Assembly (NCBI GenBank): GCA_015069215.1
Contig: SVJC01000001.1
Span: 25,896 to 89,895 of the forward strand
Origin: Oscillospiraceae bacterium
GTDB taxonomy: Bacteria; Bacillota; Clostridia; Saccharofermentanales; Saccharofermentanaceae
DNA length: 64,000 nt
Reading direction: 5' to 3'
Of the stretch, positions 53,124-62,978 are shown piece by piece. The notes under the pieces are model-generated. The model saw nothing but the letters and a program-made list of their open reading frames with translations. It was not told the origin of the DNA and did not search any database. Every line of letters begins with the position of its first letter. Position 1 is the stretch's first letter. The position numbers and the translations under genes were made by a program.

Positions 53124-54262
53124 GGTTGTTAATCCTCCGGAACGAATATCGCTTTGTAGAAATATGCCTTCAGACGCACGAGATCACCGTCAAGGCTCTT
53201 TTCTTCCTCCGTTACGAGAAGGCCGTGACTGTCATAGATATATGTCATGACATAGCCGGTATTTTTCTCTTCTCCCTTATAGGTCTTTCTCCAGGTCTTC
53301 ACTGTCTTGGAAGTCATGTGCCCGTTGCTGTCATAGGTATATGCGGTCTCAGTCTTGCGCTCGATTTCACCCTTGCTCTTAAAAGTTGAAAGGACCTCGT
53401 CGCCGTGCTCGTTATAGGTATATTCATCTATCGAGCCGGTGCTTTTTGATTCGCTCTTGAGCTTCTTGTTTTCGGCATCATAAGTGGTAATTGTATATCC
53501 GTTATCGACACTGTAGCCGGTCATCTTCCCGCTGCTGTATTCATATGTGGTGGTCTTGTTTCCGATGGTCTCAGTCTTTACCTCGCCGTTCTCATCGTAC
53601 GTTATCTTAATGATCTCGGGTTCCGGGATATCGAAGGATTGATTAAGCTTCAGGCACGTTTTAGTGCCGGGCGGATCTGCCGGATACTTTGTCGTTTTGT
53701 CAGCCGAACTGTCGTAGCTTGAGACAAGGTGGCCTTCTTCATTGTATTCATAATCGTATTCCCGGACTTTTTCTTTCTGCTTTATCCTATAGCAAACGAG
53801 ATACCCTTTACCGTTGTATTCGTATTCACATTCGTATTCGAATACCGGTTCGGCGGAACTGAAAAAATGACCCGAACTTTTCTGCTTTTTGGCAATTAAA
53901 AGCCCGCCGTCGTTATAAGTCTGCTCGCGCCGGAGAGTCTCGCCGTCAAGAACTTTATCCAGGATCAAGGTCATATTTCCGTTGCTGTCATATTCATAAA
54001 TATGCTCAGTCTTGTTGCGGCCCATGCCGGAGATCCATTCCCTGACGGGAACATACTTGACCTTCATGCTTTCCGGAATGTCACCGGCCAGCTCTTCGAC
54101 GAAATCACCTTTGGCGATCGCAGCTTTAAGTTCGTTGAGATATACGCTCTTATTGAAAGTACCTTTAAGATGAATGCAGCCGGTCATCGAAAAAGCGGTC
54201 ACGACAGCACTGACAGCGCAGAGCGCCTTCTTAAGACAGTTGAGCATCTGCTCCGCATATTC
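53034..54262. repeat. 21-bp perfect direct repeat (53034-53054 and 54242-54262) inside a diverged 105-bp duplication
   Basis: GAGCATCTGCTCCGCATATTC in both places. Codons 1-35 of the two ORFs are 29/35 identical in protein, with 10 synonymous differences. Confidence 0.9.
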
Positions 54263-54331
54263 GGATGAATTGGGTTTCAGAATGCACTTTCTGCCGTCTT
54301 TAAGAATGATCTCTCTTTCCGCGAATTTCAT
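53129..54331 (-). CDS. YD-repeat-like lipoprotein carrying a GNAT-derived N-terminal 35 aa (alternative start 54247)
   Basis: MKFAEREIILKDGRKCILKPNSSEYAEQMLNCLKK, then signal-like ALCAVSAVVTAFSMTGC, and repeated YEYDSNGN, YEYNEEG, YTYNEHGD and YTYDSNGH. Confidence 0.8.
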   Translation of the reverse strand: MKFAEREIILKDGRKCILKPNSSEYAEQMLNCLKKALCAVSAVVTAFSMTGCIHLKGTFNKSVYLNELKAAIAKGDFVEELAGDIPESMKVKYVPVREWISGMGRNKTEHIYEYDSNGNMTLILDKVLDGETLRREQTYNDGGLLIAKKQKSSGHFFSSAEPVFEYECEYEYNGKGYLVCYRIKQKEKVREYDYEYNEEGHLVSSYDSSADKTTKYPADPPGTKTCLKLNQSFDIPEPEIIKITYDENGEVKTETIGNKTTTYEYSSGKMTGYSVDNGYTITTYDAENKKLKSESKSTGSIDEYTYNEHGDEVLSTFKSKGEIERKTETAYTYDSNGHMTSKTVKTWRKTYKGEEKNTGYVMTYIYDSHGLLVTEEEKSLDGDLVRLKAYFYKAIFVPED

Positions 54332-54342
54332 TTCTTCCCCTT

Positions 54343-55212
54343 TCAGTCGTTTAAAAGATAATCCCTTATCTCTTTCATCGTCTTGATGTTTTCTTCCCTG
54401 TACGGGTAGAAGATGATCCCCGTGTGCCCGTCTTTTCCTCCGTCATACAGGCGGTGCGGAACGCCGTTATCCTTAAGCACGCCGTCAAAGAAATAAGTCA
54501 TCTTCCTCAGGACGTCTTTCCTGTTGGTTATGAGCGCAACCTTAGGCAGGGCCGTCAGATAACCATTTCCCGTAACCGTCAGATACTTATACCTTTTATC
54601 CTGCTTATAACCCTTGGGAAATACCATCTTCCTCATTCCCCAATACGCGATGCTGCTCTTGTAAAAATGCATAAGTCCGCAGTCGGTGATCAGTCCCTTG
54701 TATCTGTAATCACGCTCTTTCAAACCGAAATCTTTCAGCATCTCAGGTGACAGGCTCAGCATGCATTCTGCAAATGCCTGAACGCCTCCCGATGAGTGCC
54801 CTGCTATGTAAAGTTCATTCCTGTCGCATTCATACTGATCTGCGATCTCAAGAACATATCTGACGCCTTTGTCTATGTCTTCGATCTGATCGAAAACGGT
54901 TACCTCCGGGTATGCGAGTCTGAAGTTCAGCTCGAATACCACAAAGCCCAGGTCAGCCATGTAGTTTCCCCAGAGCCTTGTCATGGCTTTATCCTCGGTG
55001 ATGAAGCCACCGCCGTGGATATCTATCAGTATCGGCTTTATCTTTCCGTCTTTTTTGATGTAGATATCAATCTTATGCCCGGGATCGTTGTCATCAGCAT
55101 AACTTATGTCGTTGATCTCAGTAACGTCTTTTACAAGGCGCGTAAGATCCAGTCTTCCGACGTCACTCTTAATGGCACTATTACCGATCTTTTTAACTAT
55201 CCGGTTGATCAT
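54343..55212 (-). CDS. Alpha/beta hydrolase (esterase/lipase, HSL family)
   Basis: DIHGGG and AGHSSGG nucleophile elbow, with C-terminal D and H. Start is uncertain (55212 or 55230). Confidence 0.85.
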   Translation of the reverse strand: MINRIVKKIGNSAIKSDVGRLDLTRLVKDVTEINDISYADDNDPGHKIDIYIKKDGKIKPILIDIHGGGFITEDKAMTRLWGNYMADLGFVVFELNFRLAYPEVTVFDQIEDIDKGVRYVLEIADQYECDRNELYIAGHSSGGVQAFAECMLSLSPEMLKDFGLKERDYRYKGLITDCGLMHFYKSSIAYWGMRKMVFPKGYKQDKRYKYLTVTGNGYLTALPKVALITNRKDVLRKMTYFFDGVLKDNGVPHRLYDGGKDGHTGIIFYPYREENIKTMKEIRDYLLND

Positions 55213-55622
55213 GAAGGGATTGCTTTGCAAAGAAAATACTTGCTCAATTTCGGGTCCTTGTTTTCGCGGACGTATTCGACCTGAAACCCGAGTTTCTTGT
55301 AGAATTCAGGCGCCTGAAAACCGAATGTCGTGAGCGTGATCTTGGCGTATCCCCTGTTTTTGTATGTCTCTTCGACAATGGAAACAAGCCTGCTCCCAAG
55401 TCCGGATCTTCTGCAGCTCCTGTCTACGATCAGATCGTTGACGTGGACTTCATCATAATATGCACGCCCGTTTATCACGCCTAAGATCTTTCCGTCCTCT
55501 TCTTCGATGAAGCAGAAATCATCGTAGTTCAGAACGACATCATTCTTCGATGCATAATCCGAAAACTCTTTGTTTATGAATTCTCCGGCCTTCGGATCAT
55601 CAACTTCAACTCTTTTTATCAT
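55209..55622 (-). CDS. GNAT family N-acetyltransferase
   Basis: RRSGLGSRL and TFGFQAPEFYKKLGF. Confidence 0.88.
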   Translation of the reverse strand: MIKRVEVDDPKAGEFINKEFSDYASKNDVVLNYDDFCFIEEEDGKILGVINGRAYYDEVHVNDLIVDRSCRRSGLGSRLVSIVEETYKNRGYAKITLTTFGFQAPEFYKKLGFQVEYVRENKDPKLSKYFLCKAIPS

Positions 55623-55626
55623 GCAT

Positions 55627-56907
55627 TCATTCAGCCTTCTCAGATGAGGCTTTTCCTTTCGATAATTTGTACAGTTCTTCGGCGGCGATCCTTGTCTTGG
55701 CAACGACGTCACCCTCCTTCGTGAAACAGAAATAGAGACAGTCATTCGTACCGATGGACACGATGTCTCCTATCTCGTACCAGAAGTAATCCGAGTTAAC
55801 GCTGTAGGAAACTTCAGGCGCCTGTTCATAGTGAAGCTTGCCGTCACATCCGTCCAGGACAAAACCGTTTACGTCGTGATGGAGCTTTCCGGTCCCTACC
55901 ATGTAGAGAGCCTTTGAATCCTTGAGTATCGCTATGTCACAGGGCACGTCAAGCTTATAGCTTCCGTCCTCGAGTTCTTTGTTAAGCTCCTGTCTTTCCC
56001 AGGCAAACCAGTCAGGAACATGTGTGAACTTCGGTTCAACGTTTATGCCCTTTAAATACCCGAAAACATCAAGTTCATACGTTGCACCGCACTCATTGCA
56101 CTTAAGCGTGATGCCCTTGCCTTCCGTCTTTCCTTCAGTCAGACAGTGAGGGCACTTGTATAAGATCCTGTTAAGGCCGTCTGCCCTGAAAGGTTCGTCT
56201 ATCTCGATCCTGTTGTCCTGCTGCCACTTGAAGTAGTCGAACGTAAACTCCTGATCAAGGACTTCATCTATCTGCCTGACTTTTGTATTGGCCAGCTCCT
56301 CGGGAGTGAAAAGGCACTTCATCCTGCACGAGACCTTTACGTCTCTTTTCTGCAGATTGTTGTAGAGCGGATCCCTTGTAAACGCACCGTAAGTTGTGAT
56401 CATGACGACGGGATGCTTGAGCTTCTTGAGAAGGACTCCAAGCCTTCTGGGGATCCTGGTGCCCGTTCCGTCAAGTGAATAGCCCGCTTCCGGATACATC
56501 AGAACGCTTGCATTGTTTTTGTTCATCGCATAATCCATGTCCGAGATAAGCGACATGTCGGAGACGAACTTTCTTGTCGGAATGCATCCCAGAGATCTCA
56601 TGAGACCTTCCTTGCCGACAAGCGCGTCAGATGTGCAGACGATGCTGAAAGGGCGTCCTTTAAGCACTTCGAAAGCTATTGCGAGATCAGTAAAACTGCA
56701 GTGGTTCATGAGGATCATCCACGGTCCGTCGCCGGCTTTTTCCATGTCGACCTTCTCGCACGTGAAACTGACTTTTTTGAGCTCACCGCCAAGCAGCAGA
56801 CGTGCGACTCCCGCGAGCATCTTTGAAGGCTTTTTGGGTTTCTTGTGCTCCCAGGAAGGAAGACTCATTGCTTCATCGTAGCTTATTCTTTTGGTCTTGA
56901 TCTTCAT
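55627..56907 (-). CDS. Lysophospholipid acyltransferase with C-terminal Zn-finger/PH-like extension
   Basis: LMNHCSFTD, MYPEAG..DG and YKCPHC...CNECG. Confidence 0.82.
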   Translation of the reverse strand: MKIKTKRISYDEAMSLPSWEHKKPKKPSKMLAGVARLLLGGELKKVSFTCEKVDMEKAGDGPWMILMNHCSFTDLAIAFEVLKGRPFSIVCTSDALVGKEGLMRSLGCIPTRKFVSDMSLISDMDYAMNKNNASVLMYPEAGYSLDGTGTRIPRRLGVLLKKLKHPVVMITTYGAFTRDPLYNNLQKRDVKVSCRMKCLFTPEELANTKVRQIDEVLDQEFTFDYFKWQQDNRIEIDEPFRADGLNRILYKCPHCLTEGKTEGKGITLKCNECGATYELDVFGYLKGINVEPKFTHVPDWFAWERQELNKELEDGSYKLDVPCDIAILKDSKALYMVGTGKLHHDVNGFVLDGCDGKLHYEQAPEVSYSVNSDYFWYEIGDIVSIGTNDCLYFCFTKEGDVVAKTRIAAEELYKLSKGKASSEKAE

Positions 56908-56910
56908 TTG

Positions 56911-57225
56911 TCATTTCCTTTTCTTCGGAGCGGGGAGCTCATCGTACATTGCATCGAAGAGTTCTCTCAAAAACGATCTGTTGTCCACGTTATCCACCAT
57001 GAGCATCTCCTTTGCGCCTTCGTAAGGGAGCTCGCTTTCTGCATCAGGCATCATGGAAACAGCAGCTTCTACAGGCTTTACGAGGAAACGGTCATCATAG
57101 ATCCCTCCGACGATCTTGCCGCGGTAATAGATGATGTATTCACCCATCATCGCCTTGTAGGTGATATCATCCAGATCTGATAACTGTTCCAGGATAAAAT
57201 CGAGATACTCTTTGCTCGAAGCCAT
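56911..57225 (-). CDS. TfoX N-terminal domain protein
   Basis: Y..F.LEQL...I.YKAMMGEY..YY.GK..GGIYDDRFLVK. Confidence 0.85.
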   Translation of the reverse strand: MASSKEYLDFILEQLSDLDDITYKAMMGEYIIYYRGKIVGGIYDDRFLVKPVEAAVSMMPDAESELPYEGAKEMLMVDNVDNRSFLRELFDAMYDELPAPKKRK

Positions 57226-57236
57226 GACGTGTCTCC

Positions 57237-58088
57237 TTATGCTTTGTCTTTACCTGATTCTATCATTATTCCGTAGCGTTCAGGATGACGGTATTTATCT
57301 CCCATCACATCGTTTTCCCTGTAGGATCTCAGCATGTCCATATCGATCTCTGCAGTGTAAACACCTTCGGCGCCGGGAGCCTCGAGAATGCACATATCTC
57401 TGACTCCGGGCTCGTCCCTCAGCCATGCGACACCGTCGAAAACGGTTGAATGGCCGTTGCAGTCAGGCTGTCCCTCAGGGTAGTTGCATGTGGCTACGGC
57501 GAGCATGTTCTCATACGCTCTGGTCCTTAATGCCGACAGTCTGTTTATCTCCATCGGGCATGCGTTGGGGGCAAGGATGACCTCCGCGCCTTTGAGCATG
57601 AGGATCCTTGCGCTTTCGGGAAACTCCCTGTCAAAGCAGATCATGGAACCTATCTTAACAGTTCCTCTTCCTGTATCCAGATCGGCCACATAAAAATCCT
57701 CACCGGAAGAAAGCATCTTCTCATCATCGAAATCACATGTGTGGACCTTTGAGTAGTGCAGTATGGCATCACCGTTCCTGTCGAAAAAGATCACCGAATT
57801 CAAAGGCTTGGGATCATGCTTTTCAAGAAATGTTATGCCTATTGCGATCTTCAGTTCTTTTGCAAGGTTCCTGAAGCTCTGCACAAACTCACCGTCGGAA
57901 GGTATTGCGAGAGCCTTGATCTTTTCCTCATCCTGAGGCAGGTAATATCCGTCACTCCACATCTCAGGGAACAGTGCAATATCCGCTCCCGTTTCAGAAG
58001 CTTTCCTGCATGCTTCGATCCCTTTGTTAAGCTGCTCTTCTAACGTCTTTCCGGGCAGCAGCTGAAGCAGCGCTATCTTAAATTTCAT
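57237..58088 (-). CDS. Carbon-nitrogen hydrolase (nitrilase superfamily)
   Basis: Catalytic E-K-C in LFPEM, YSKVH and ICFDREFPE. Confidence 0.9.
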   Translation of the reverse strand: MKFKIALLQLLPGKTLEEQLNKGIEACRKASETGADIALFPEMWSDGYYLPQDEEKIKALAIPSDGEFVQSFRNLAKELKIAIGITFLEKHDPKPLNSVIFFDRNGDAILHYSKVHTCDFDDEKMLSSGEDFYVADLDTGRGTVKIGSMICFDREFPESARILMLKGAEVILAPNACPMEINRLSALRTRAYENMLAVATCNYPEGQPDCNGHSTVFDGVAWLRDEPGVRDMCILEAPGAEGVYTAEIDMDMLRSYRENDVMGDKYRHPERYGIMIESGKDKA

Positions 58089-58101
58089 GTTGAAGATCTC
58101 C

Positions 58102-58773
58102 TTACCAAATGAAAGGTATTATCCTGTACTTAACTTTTCTCATGTACTCTTCGTAGCCGGGAAGGCCTTTGGCCAATACCTTTTCCTCGTTCCTGATACG
58201 CATCACGATGATCGGAATGTATATCAGCATGACCGCAAAAGATATGACCGAACCTAATACCAAAGGCATTGCAAGAAACAGGAACAAAGTACTCATGTAC
58301 ATCGGATGACGTACTACTCCGTACAGTCCCGTATCAATGACTTTCTGGCCTTCCTGAACCTCGATCGTGCGCGAAAGATATTCGTTTTCACGCAGGACCT
58401 CCGCATATAAGATGTAAGCCGCGACGAAAACGCCGGCAAACACATATATGACCCATGAAGGCATCGTTATCCAGCCGAAACGGAAGTTAAGTCCCGCTAT
58501 TACGAACGCTGCGAGGAACATGATCCCGCTTAGCAGAACGACGAGCTTTTGTTCCTTCTCCTCTTCCTTTGCGTTCAGTCTTTTGCGGAGCAATTCGGGA
58601 TTCTTTATCATCAGGATGATGCCGGCAACAAACATCGGGACAAAGAGAAGCCCGATCAGGAGCCATCCCTGCCAATATGCAAAGCTTCCCGCAGGAAGGA
58701 AAATAATTAGTCCCATGATGATAAGTCCGCAGAAGAACTTAACTATTGCCTGAACAAATAACTTAGCACTCAT
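58102..58773 (-). CDS. Isoprenylcysteine carboxyl methyltransferase family protein
   Basis: VIDTGLYGVVRHPMY, R..NEE..L and Y.EY...VKYR.IPFIW. Confidence 0.88.
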   Translation of the reverse strand: MSAKLFVQAIVKFFCGLIIMGLIIFLPAGSFAYWQGWLLIGLLFVPMFVAGIILMIKNPELLRKRLNAKEEEKEQKLVVLLSGIMFLAAFVIAGLNFRFGWITMPSWVIYVFAGVFVAAYILYAEVLRENEYLSRTIEVQEGQKVIDTGLYGVVRHPMYMSTLFLFLAMPLVLGSVISFAVMLIYIPIIVMRIRNEEKVLAKGLPGYEEYMRKVKYRIIPFIW

Positions 58774-58774
58774 T

Positions 58775-58993
58775 TCAAATATCTCCTCTGTATATTACCG
58801 ATACGTGTGTGATCCCGTTTGCCTCATCGGGATATTCCTTTTCGAAATGAAGACCGCGAAAAGAACCGCGCTCTTTTTTTGCTTCCAGATGTGCTGCCGT
58901 CATTCCGGTAAGCGAATAGATGAAGAGCACTCCCGCTGCCATCAGGAGAAAGGAAGATCCTATGGAACTGATGTCTCTCTTTTTTTCTTCCAT
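58775..58993 (-). CDS. Small single-TM hypothetical protein
   Basis: Fills the gap exactly between two co-oriented genes; one hydrophobic helix; weak RBS. Confidence 0.45.
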   Translation of the reverse strand: MEEKKRDISSIGSSFLLMAAGVLFIYSLTGMTAAHLEAKKERGSFRGLHFEKEYPDEANGITHVSVIYRGDI

Positions 58994-58996
58994 GGC

Positions 58997-60544
58997 TTAA
59001 CCGGTCACATAGATCCAGAGGATCGAATAGTAAACAACCGACATTACAAAGAACCCTGCACAGAAGATGTTAAGACATTTGTCGGGTATGCGCTGCGCGG
59101 GTTTTGAGCGGGACATGTTCGCGATGAAAAACACACCTGCGAGGAGAGCTGGAAAATCGTATCTGAAATCCTGCGAGCACACATAAGGGAAATTGAACGA
59201 GAAATAAATGATGGATACTATCTCCGTCACGAACAGGATTATGAGCGCAAAGTCTTCGAAAGGCCTGCCGTGCTTTTTAATGGTGACTGCCGTATAGATA
59301 AGTCCTATAAAGGATGCAAGGATCAGCACCAGCGCTATCAGGAGCAGGACATATCCGGTATGGGACAAGATCATGTTGTCACGGCAGTTCGCATAACCGA
59401 AGAGCATGGTCTTGACCTGCGCAATGAAAATGTTGTAATCCTTCTCGCCGTATACGCCCATATTGATGTAGAAATCCTCTATCGGAAAACCGTAAAAACC
59501 GAAAAGGCGCTCGAACGGAGAATGATCGCTGACCTCCATGTAAGTCAGGTCTTCGAGCTTTAACACATAGCCGATCGGCGTCTGATATCTTACATAGTTC
59601 CAGATCGAATACCATGTTCCGAGAGGAGCCGCTATTACTGCAAAACACGCAAGCTGCACGAACGACTTAAGGCCTCTTTTCTCACGTATGTCCTTTATGA
59701 ACCTGACGATGAATATGAAGCCCATCGGGAACGCGATCAGTCCGACGGAGATCTTGGTCATCATGCCGAAACCGGTGCAGAGAGCGGAGATCAGGATGTC
59801 CTTTGTCTTTCCTTTGCGGTGCCACCTTATGCCGTAGTAAAATGCTGCGAAGAACAGCATCAGCGCCAGTATATCGTTGTTGATGGAACCGGCGAAAATG
59901 GTCATAGAAGGGAATGCCGCAATGATGAGTGCACCGTTGACGAGGCCTTTGTCCTTGATCCCAAGCTGCCTTAAGATCTTAAACATGTAGTACGCTGCGC
60001 CCTGCGAATAGATGAGCGTCAAAGTCTGCAGGCTCTCATAGTTATGGGTTCCCTTGGGCAGAAACAGTTCATAGACCTTGAGGAACATCGCGCAGACAAA
60101 ATGGTGGAACGGAGGATGATAAAACTGTCCGTGCTTCGTGACATCGTAATCGGGGAGCCTTAGAAAATCCCTGATGTAAAGGATGTAATCGGCGTGACTG
60201 TGGTGGTAGTTATTTTCGATGAACGACTCGACGTCGCACTGGCGGGTCATAACGTCAGTGTAAAGAACATAGCAGAGCTTTATCCAGAATCCCGCTGCAA
60301 ATAAGAGCTGTATCAGGACTTCATCCGTCAGCCTGCCCTTTGCGCGCATATAGATCCCGGCAGCAAGTATCGCAATGCAGCCGGTTATTATGATGACAAA
60401 TGACACATGAGGATCTTTGATCTGATTGCCCGTTGCAATAAGTGCGATCAATGAGACAGCGATGACGGGGATGAACGGAAAACGGCTGAAAAAGCGCGCG
60501 ACCGGGCTTTCTGCTGAAGAAGCCTTTATTTCCTTTCCTCTCAT
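58997..60544 (-). CDS. Multi-TM GT-C (PMT/ArnT-like) glycosyltransferase
   Basis: RQCDVE, H..YI.YI, FYHPPFHH, NNDIL and GMMTKIS; about 12 TMs. Confidence 0.75.
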   Translation of the reverse strand: MRGKEIKASSAESPVARFFSRFPFIPVIAVSLIALIATGNQIKDPHVSFVIIITGCIAILAAGIYMRAKGRLTDEVLIQLLFAAGFWIKLCYVLYTDVMTRQCDVESFIENNYHHSHADYILYIRDFLRLPDYDVTKHGQFYHPPFHHFVCAMFLKVYELFLPKGTHNYESLQTLTLIYSQGAAYYMFKILRQLGIKDKGLVNGALIIAAFPSMTIFAGSINNDILALMLFFAAFYYGIRWHRKGKTKDILISALCTGFGMMTKISVGLIAFPMGFIFIVRFIKDIREKRGLKSFVQLACFAVIAAPLGTWYSIWNYVRYQTPIGYVLKLEDLTYMEVSDHSPFERLFGFYGFPIEDFYINMGVYGEKDYNIFIAQVKTMLFGYANCRDNMILSHTGYVLLLIALVLILASFIGLIYTAVTIKKHGRPFEDFALIILFVTEIVSIIYFSFNFPYVCSQDFRYDFPALLAGVFFIANMSRSKPAQRIPDKCLNIFCAGFFVMSVVYYSILWIYVTG

Positions 60545-60615
60545 AATTCCACCCTTTCCGCACCAATAAATAATAGACTTGCTTTCAGCTGTTTTCAATA
60601 TGCCACAAAGCAGGC

Positions 60616-61224
60616 CTATTCCAGGCTATCTTTGTATTCCTCTAAAAGCTCATGAGAATACTCTTTCTTTTTATCAGATTCTCTTACGGTTTTCCACAAG
60701 GCAGCAGCAGCCTTCAAGCGGTCTTTAAAGACCTTTGTCGCTTCATCGGCGCAGAAATCCTTTACGAACCTGTTCCACTGAAGCGCTGACTTATCGTATT
60801 TCGCATAAGTCTTTTTGCCGTAATAGATGTCAAGGAGATCTCCGAGCGTGAAGGATTCATCGCCTGATTCCTTGACCTTTTTGGCAGTCGCGACCATATC
60901 GACGTTGAACTTGAAATGCTCTTCGCCGGTCTGTTTGGAAAAGAACTCCCTGAAGCGGTTCCCGAATGTAAAACCGCATGCGATCAGGCCGGTATCAAGC
61001 GTAAGTTCGGTGACAGCAGCCTTCTTTTTGCTGCGGCCGGTCTTCTTCTCGGGCAGTATCTTCTCACCTGAAAAGTAAGCTTCGATCACCTTGTAAAGTT
61101 CTATCTTTCCGCTCGGTGATTTAATCCCATGCGCTTTGCAGATACCTATCAGTTCATCCCTGTACCAATAATATCTGCTAAACTCCGCAAAATCCTTGAT
61201 GCTGTCAAAATCAGGTCTTTCCAT
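60616..61224 (-). CDS. Conserved hypothetical protein (SAP-like N-terminus, DUF6434-like)
   Basis: F..YYWYRDEL..IC...G and QWN.FVKDFCAD patterns. Confidence 0.7.
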   Translation of the reverse strand: MERPDFDSIKDFAEFSRYYWYRDELIGICKAHGIKSPSGKIELYKVIEAYFSGEKILPEKKTGRSKKKAAVTELTLDTGLIACGFTFGNRFREFFSKQTGEEHFKFNVDMVATAKKVKESGDESFTLGDLLDIYYGKKTYAKYDKSALQWNRFVKDFCADEATKVFKDRLKAAAALWKTVRESDKKKEYSHELLEEYKDSLE

Positions 61225-61239
61225 ATGAACATTCCGCCG

Positions 61240-62115
61240 TCATGCATGAGAAAGATCAGGGAAATAAAGCCTGTCTTTTTCGATCGCCAAAAGCTCTTCT
61301 CCCCTGTAGAAAAGCCTGTAATCGTCAGCACCGTCGTAAAGTTCGGCGACGCATTTATCATTGTCTTCATCGAGCGGAGTAAAGCCCAGTCTGCACTTTG
61401 CTCCGTTCAAGTCGATTCGCTTCAGGACATCAGATAGAGCTGTCTTTTCCTTACTCAATTCAGACTGCAGGACAATGCCGTCATCTTCTTCGAGAACGAT
61501 AAAACAGCCGATGTCTTCAGCATAAAAAACATTATCAAGACCTGACGTATAGAACAGCTGAAGGCCGTATTTGTTTATCTGTTCAAAGGGAGAATGAGGC
61601 GCACTGTTCCTGACAAGATCGAGATATTTTTCCCTTATCTCACCGCCCATTTCAGAGACCGGCTTAAATGGTTCCTTACCGTTATCGCGGATACAGAATT
61701 CCTCTTTTACCGTGTACCTGTACTGGTTCAGGATCTGAAAGCCGTTCTTCTGATAGAACCCGTATGCGCTCAATGCTCCGAACAGATAAATGCCGTCACA
61801 TTCCTTCTCGTAAATGCCGGTAACGTGCTTCATCAGTTCAGCTGCAAGCCCTTGTTTTCTGCGGCTTTCATCGGTCATGACCGTGCCGATCTGAATGTAG
61901 TTTTTTACTTTCCCGTTCTGCATGAACCTCATGCGGTTTGCAGAAACATTAGAGATCATCTTTCCGTCTTCCACCAGAGAATACGGGATGTAATCTCCTT
62001 CGAAATATCCGCCTTTGACCCAGCCGTCGAAATCAAATCCGAACGTTTTGCGGGTCAGTTCGTTTAGCAACCGGAGGGATCTTTCGTCCCTCATGTAATC
62101 ACTTATCAATTGCAT
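61240..62115 (-). CDS. GNAT family N-acetyltransferase
   Basis: IQIGTVMT.E..RKQGLA and FYQK.GF. Confidence 0.85.
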   Translation of the reverse strand: MQLISDYMRDERSLRLLNELTRKTFGFDFDGWVKGGYFEGDYIPYSLVEDGKMISNVSANRMRFMQNGKVKNYIQIGTVMTDESRRKQGLAAELMKHVTGIYEKECDGIYLFGALSAYGFYQKNGFQILNQYRYTVKEEFCIRDNGKEPFKPVSEMGGEIREKYLDLVRNSAPHSPFEQINKYGLQLFYTSGLDNVFYAEDIGCFIVLEEDDGIVLQSELSKEKTALSDVLKRIDLNGAKCRLGFTPLDEDNDKCVAELYDGADDYRLFYRGEELLAIEKDRLYFPDLSHA

Positions 62116-62229
62116 ATTAATATCTCCAAATAATCGGTTATTTTGTCAGGCCGAAAACCTTTTCGACCATTTTCAGAGTCTGTTCCACACTCCGGTTTTC
62201 ATCTCTCAGGATCACGGGAAATCCTGCGT

Positions 62230-62739
62230 TCAAAGACCTTTCAGAAGGTCAATTGAAGCTATCTCCCTTTTCGGCTGGAACTCACAAAGATGAAGCCTCG
62301 TAACCTTTCCCGGAAGCGGCTTAAAAGACTTCACCACCAAAGGCATCGCTTTCTGGATCGTCTCAGGCTCATCTATGATCAGCGTCGCATGAGGGGTCCA
62401 CGGGTGCTCCTGAGGCACAGAGAATTCAAGTGCTTCATGGAATTCGTTCAGCCTCGGATCTCTCTCGGTTGCTGCGAAAAGAACTCTTCCTCCCGCAAAC
62501 ATTCCGATATGGCTCAGGTGGACAGGAAATTCCGGAAATTCTGCTGCAACCTTCTGCATCCTTGAAACCGCTTCGCCTTCCATATCCAAGGGAAGTATCG
62601 CCATCGTGATGTGATACGGAAGATCAGGCGTCTGAACGCCTTTAAAACCGGCCTCCTGCAAGGAAGCGTACCAGGAAGACATCTGCTTCTGCGTGCCTTC
62701 GTCAAGATCTGCCATTACTGCCAAAAACTTTCCTGCCAT
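62230..62739 (-). CDS. 2H phosphoesterase (2'-5' RNA ligase family)
   Basis: Two HxT motifs: PYHITM and TPHATL. Confidence 0.85.
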   Translation of the reverse strand: MAGKFLAVMADLDEGTQKQMSSWYASLQEAGFKGVQTPDLPYHITMAILPLDMEGEAVSRMQKVAAEFPEFPVHLSHIGMFAGGRVLFAATERDPRLNEFHEALEFSVPQEHPWTPHATLIIDEPETIQKAMPLVVKSFKPLPGKVTRLHLCEFQPKREIASIDLLKGL

Positions 62740-62741
62740 AT

Positions 62742-62963
62742 CTAACCTGCAAACTTCCTTACTATGAAGCAGACCACTCCGATTACCAAAAGTACTATTC
62801 CGATGATCAGGGATGCCCGCATGTCGAAGCGCATGTTGGCATAAAAACTTGGTGAGGCATCAAGAGTACCGCGGTATGCAAAACGGCACAGCGCAGAAAA
62901 CAAAAGCGAGATCACGCCCAGGACCAAAACGATTATTCCTATGATCAATAAGGCTTTCTTCAT
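62742..62963 (-). CDS. Small two-TM hypothetical protein
   Basis: GGAGG RBS; two hydrophobic helices. Confidence 0.7.
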   Translation of the reverse strand: MKKALLIIGIIVLVLGVISLLFSALCRFAYRGTLDASPSFYANMRFDMRASLIIGIVLLVIGVVCFIVRKFAG

Positions 62964-62978
62964 CTTATCCTCCTGACT

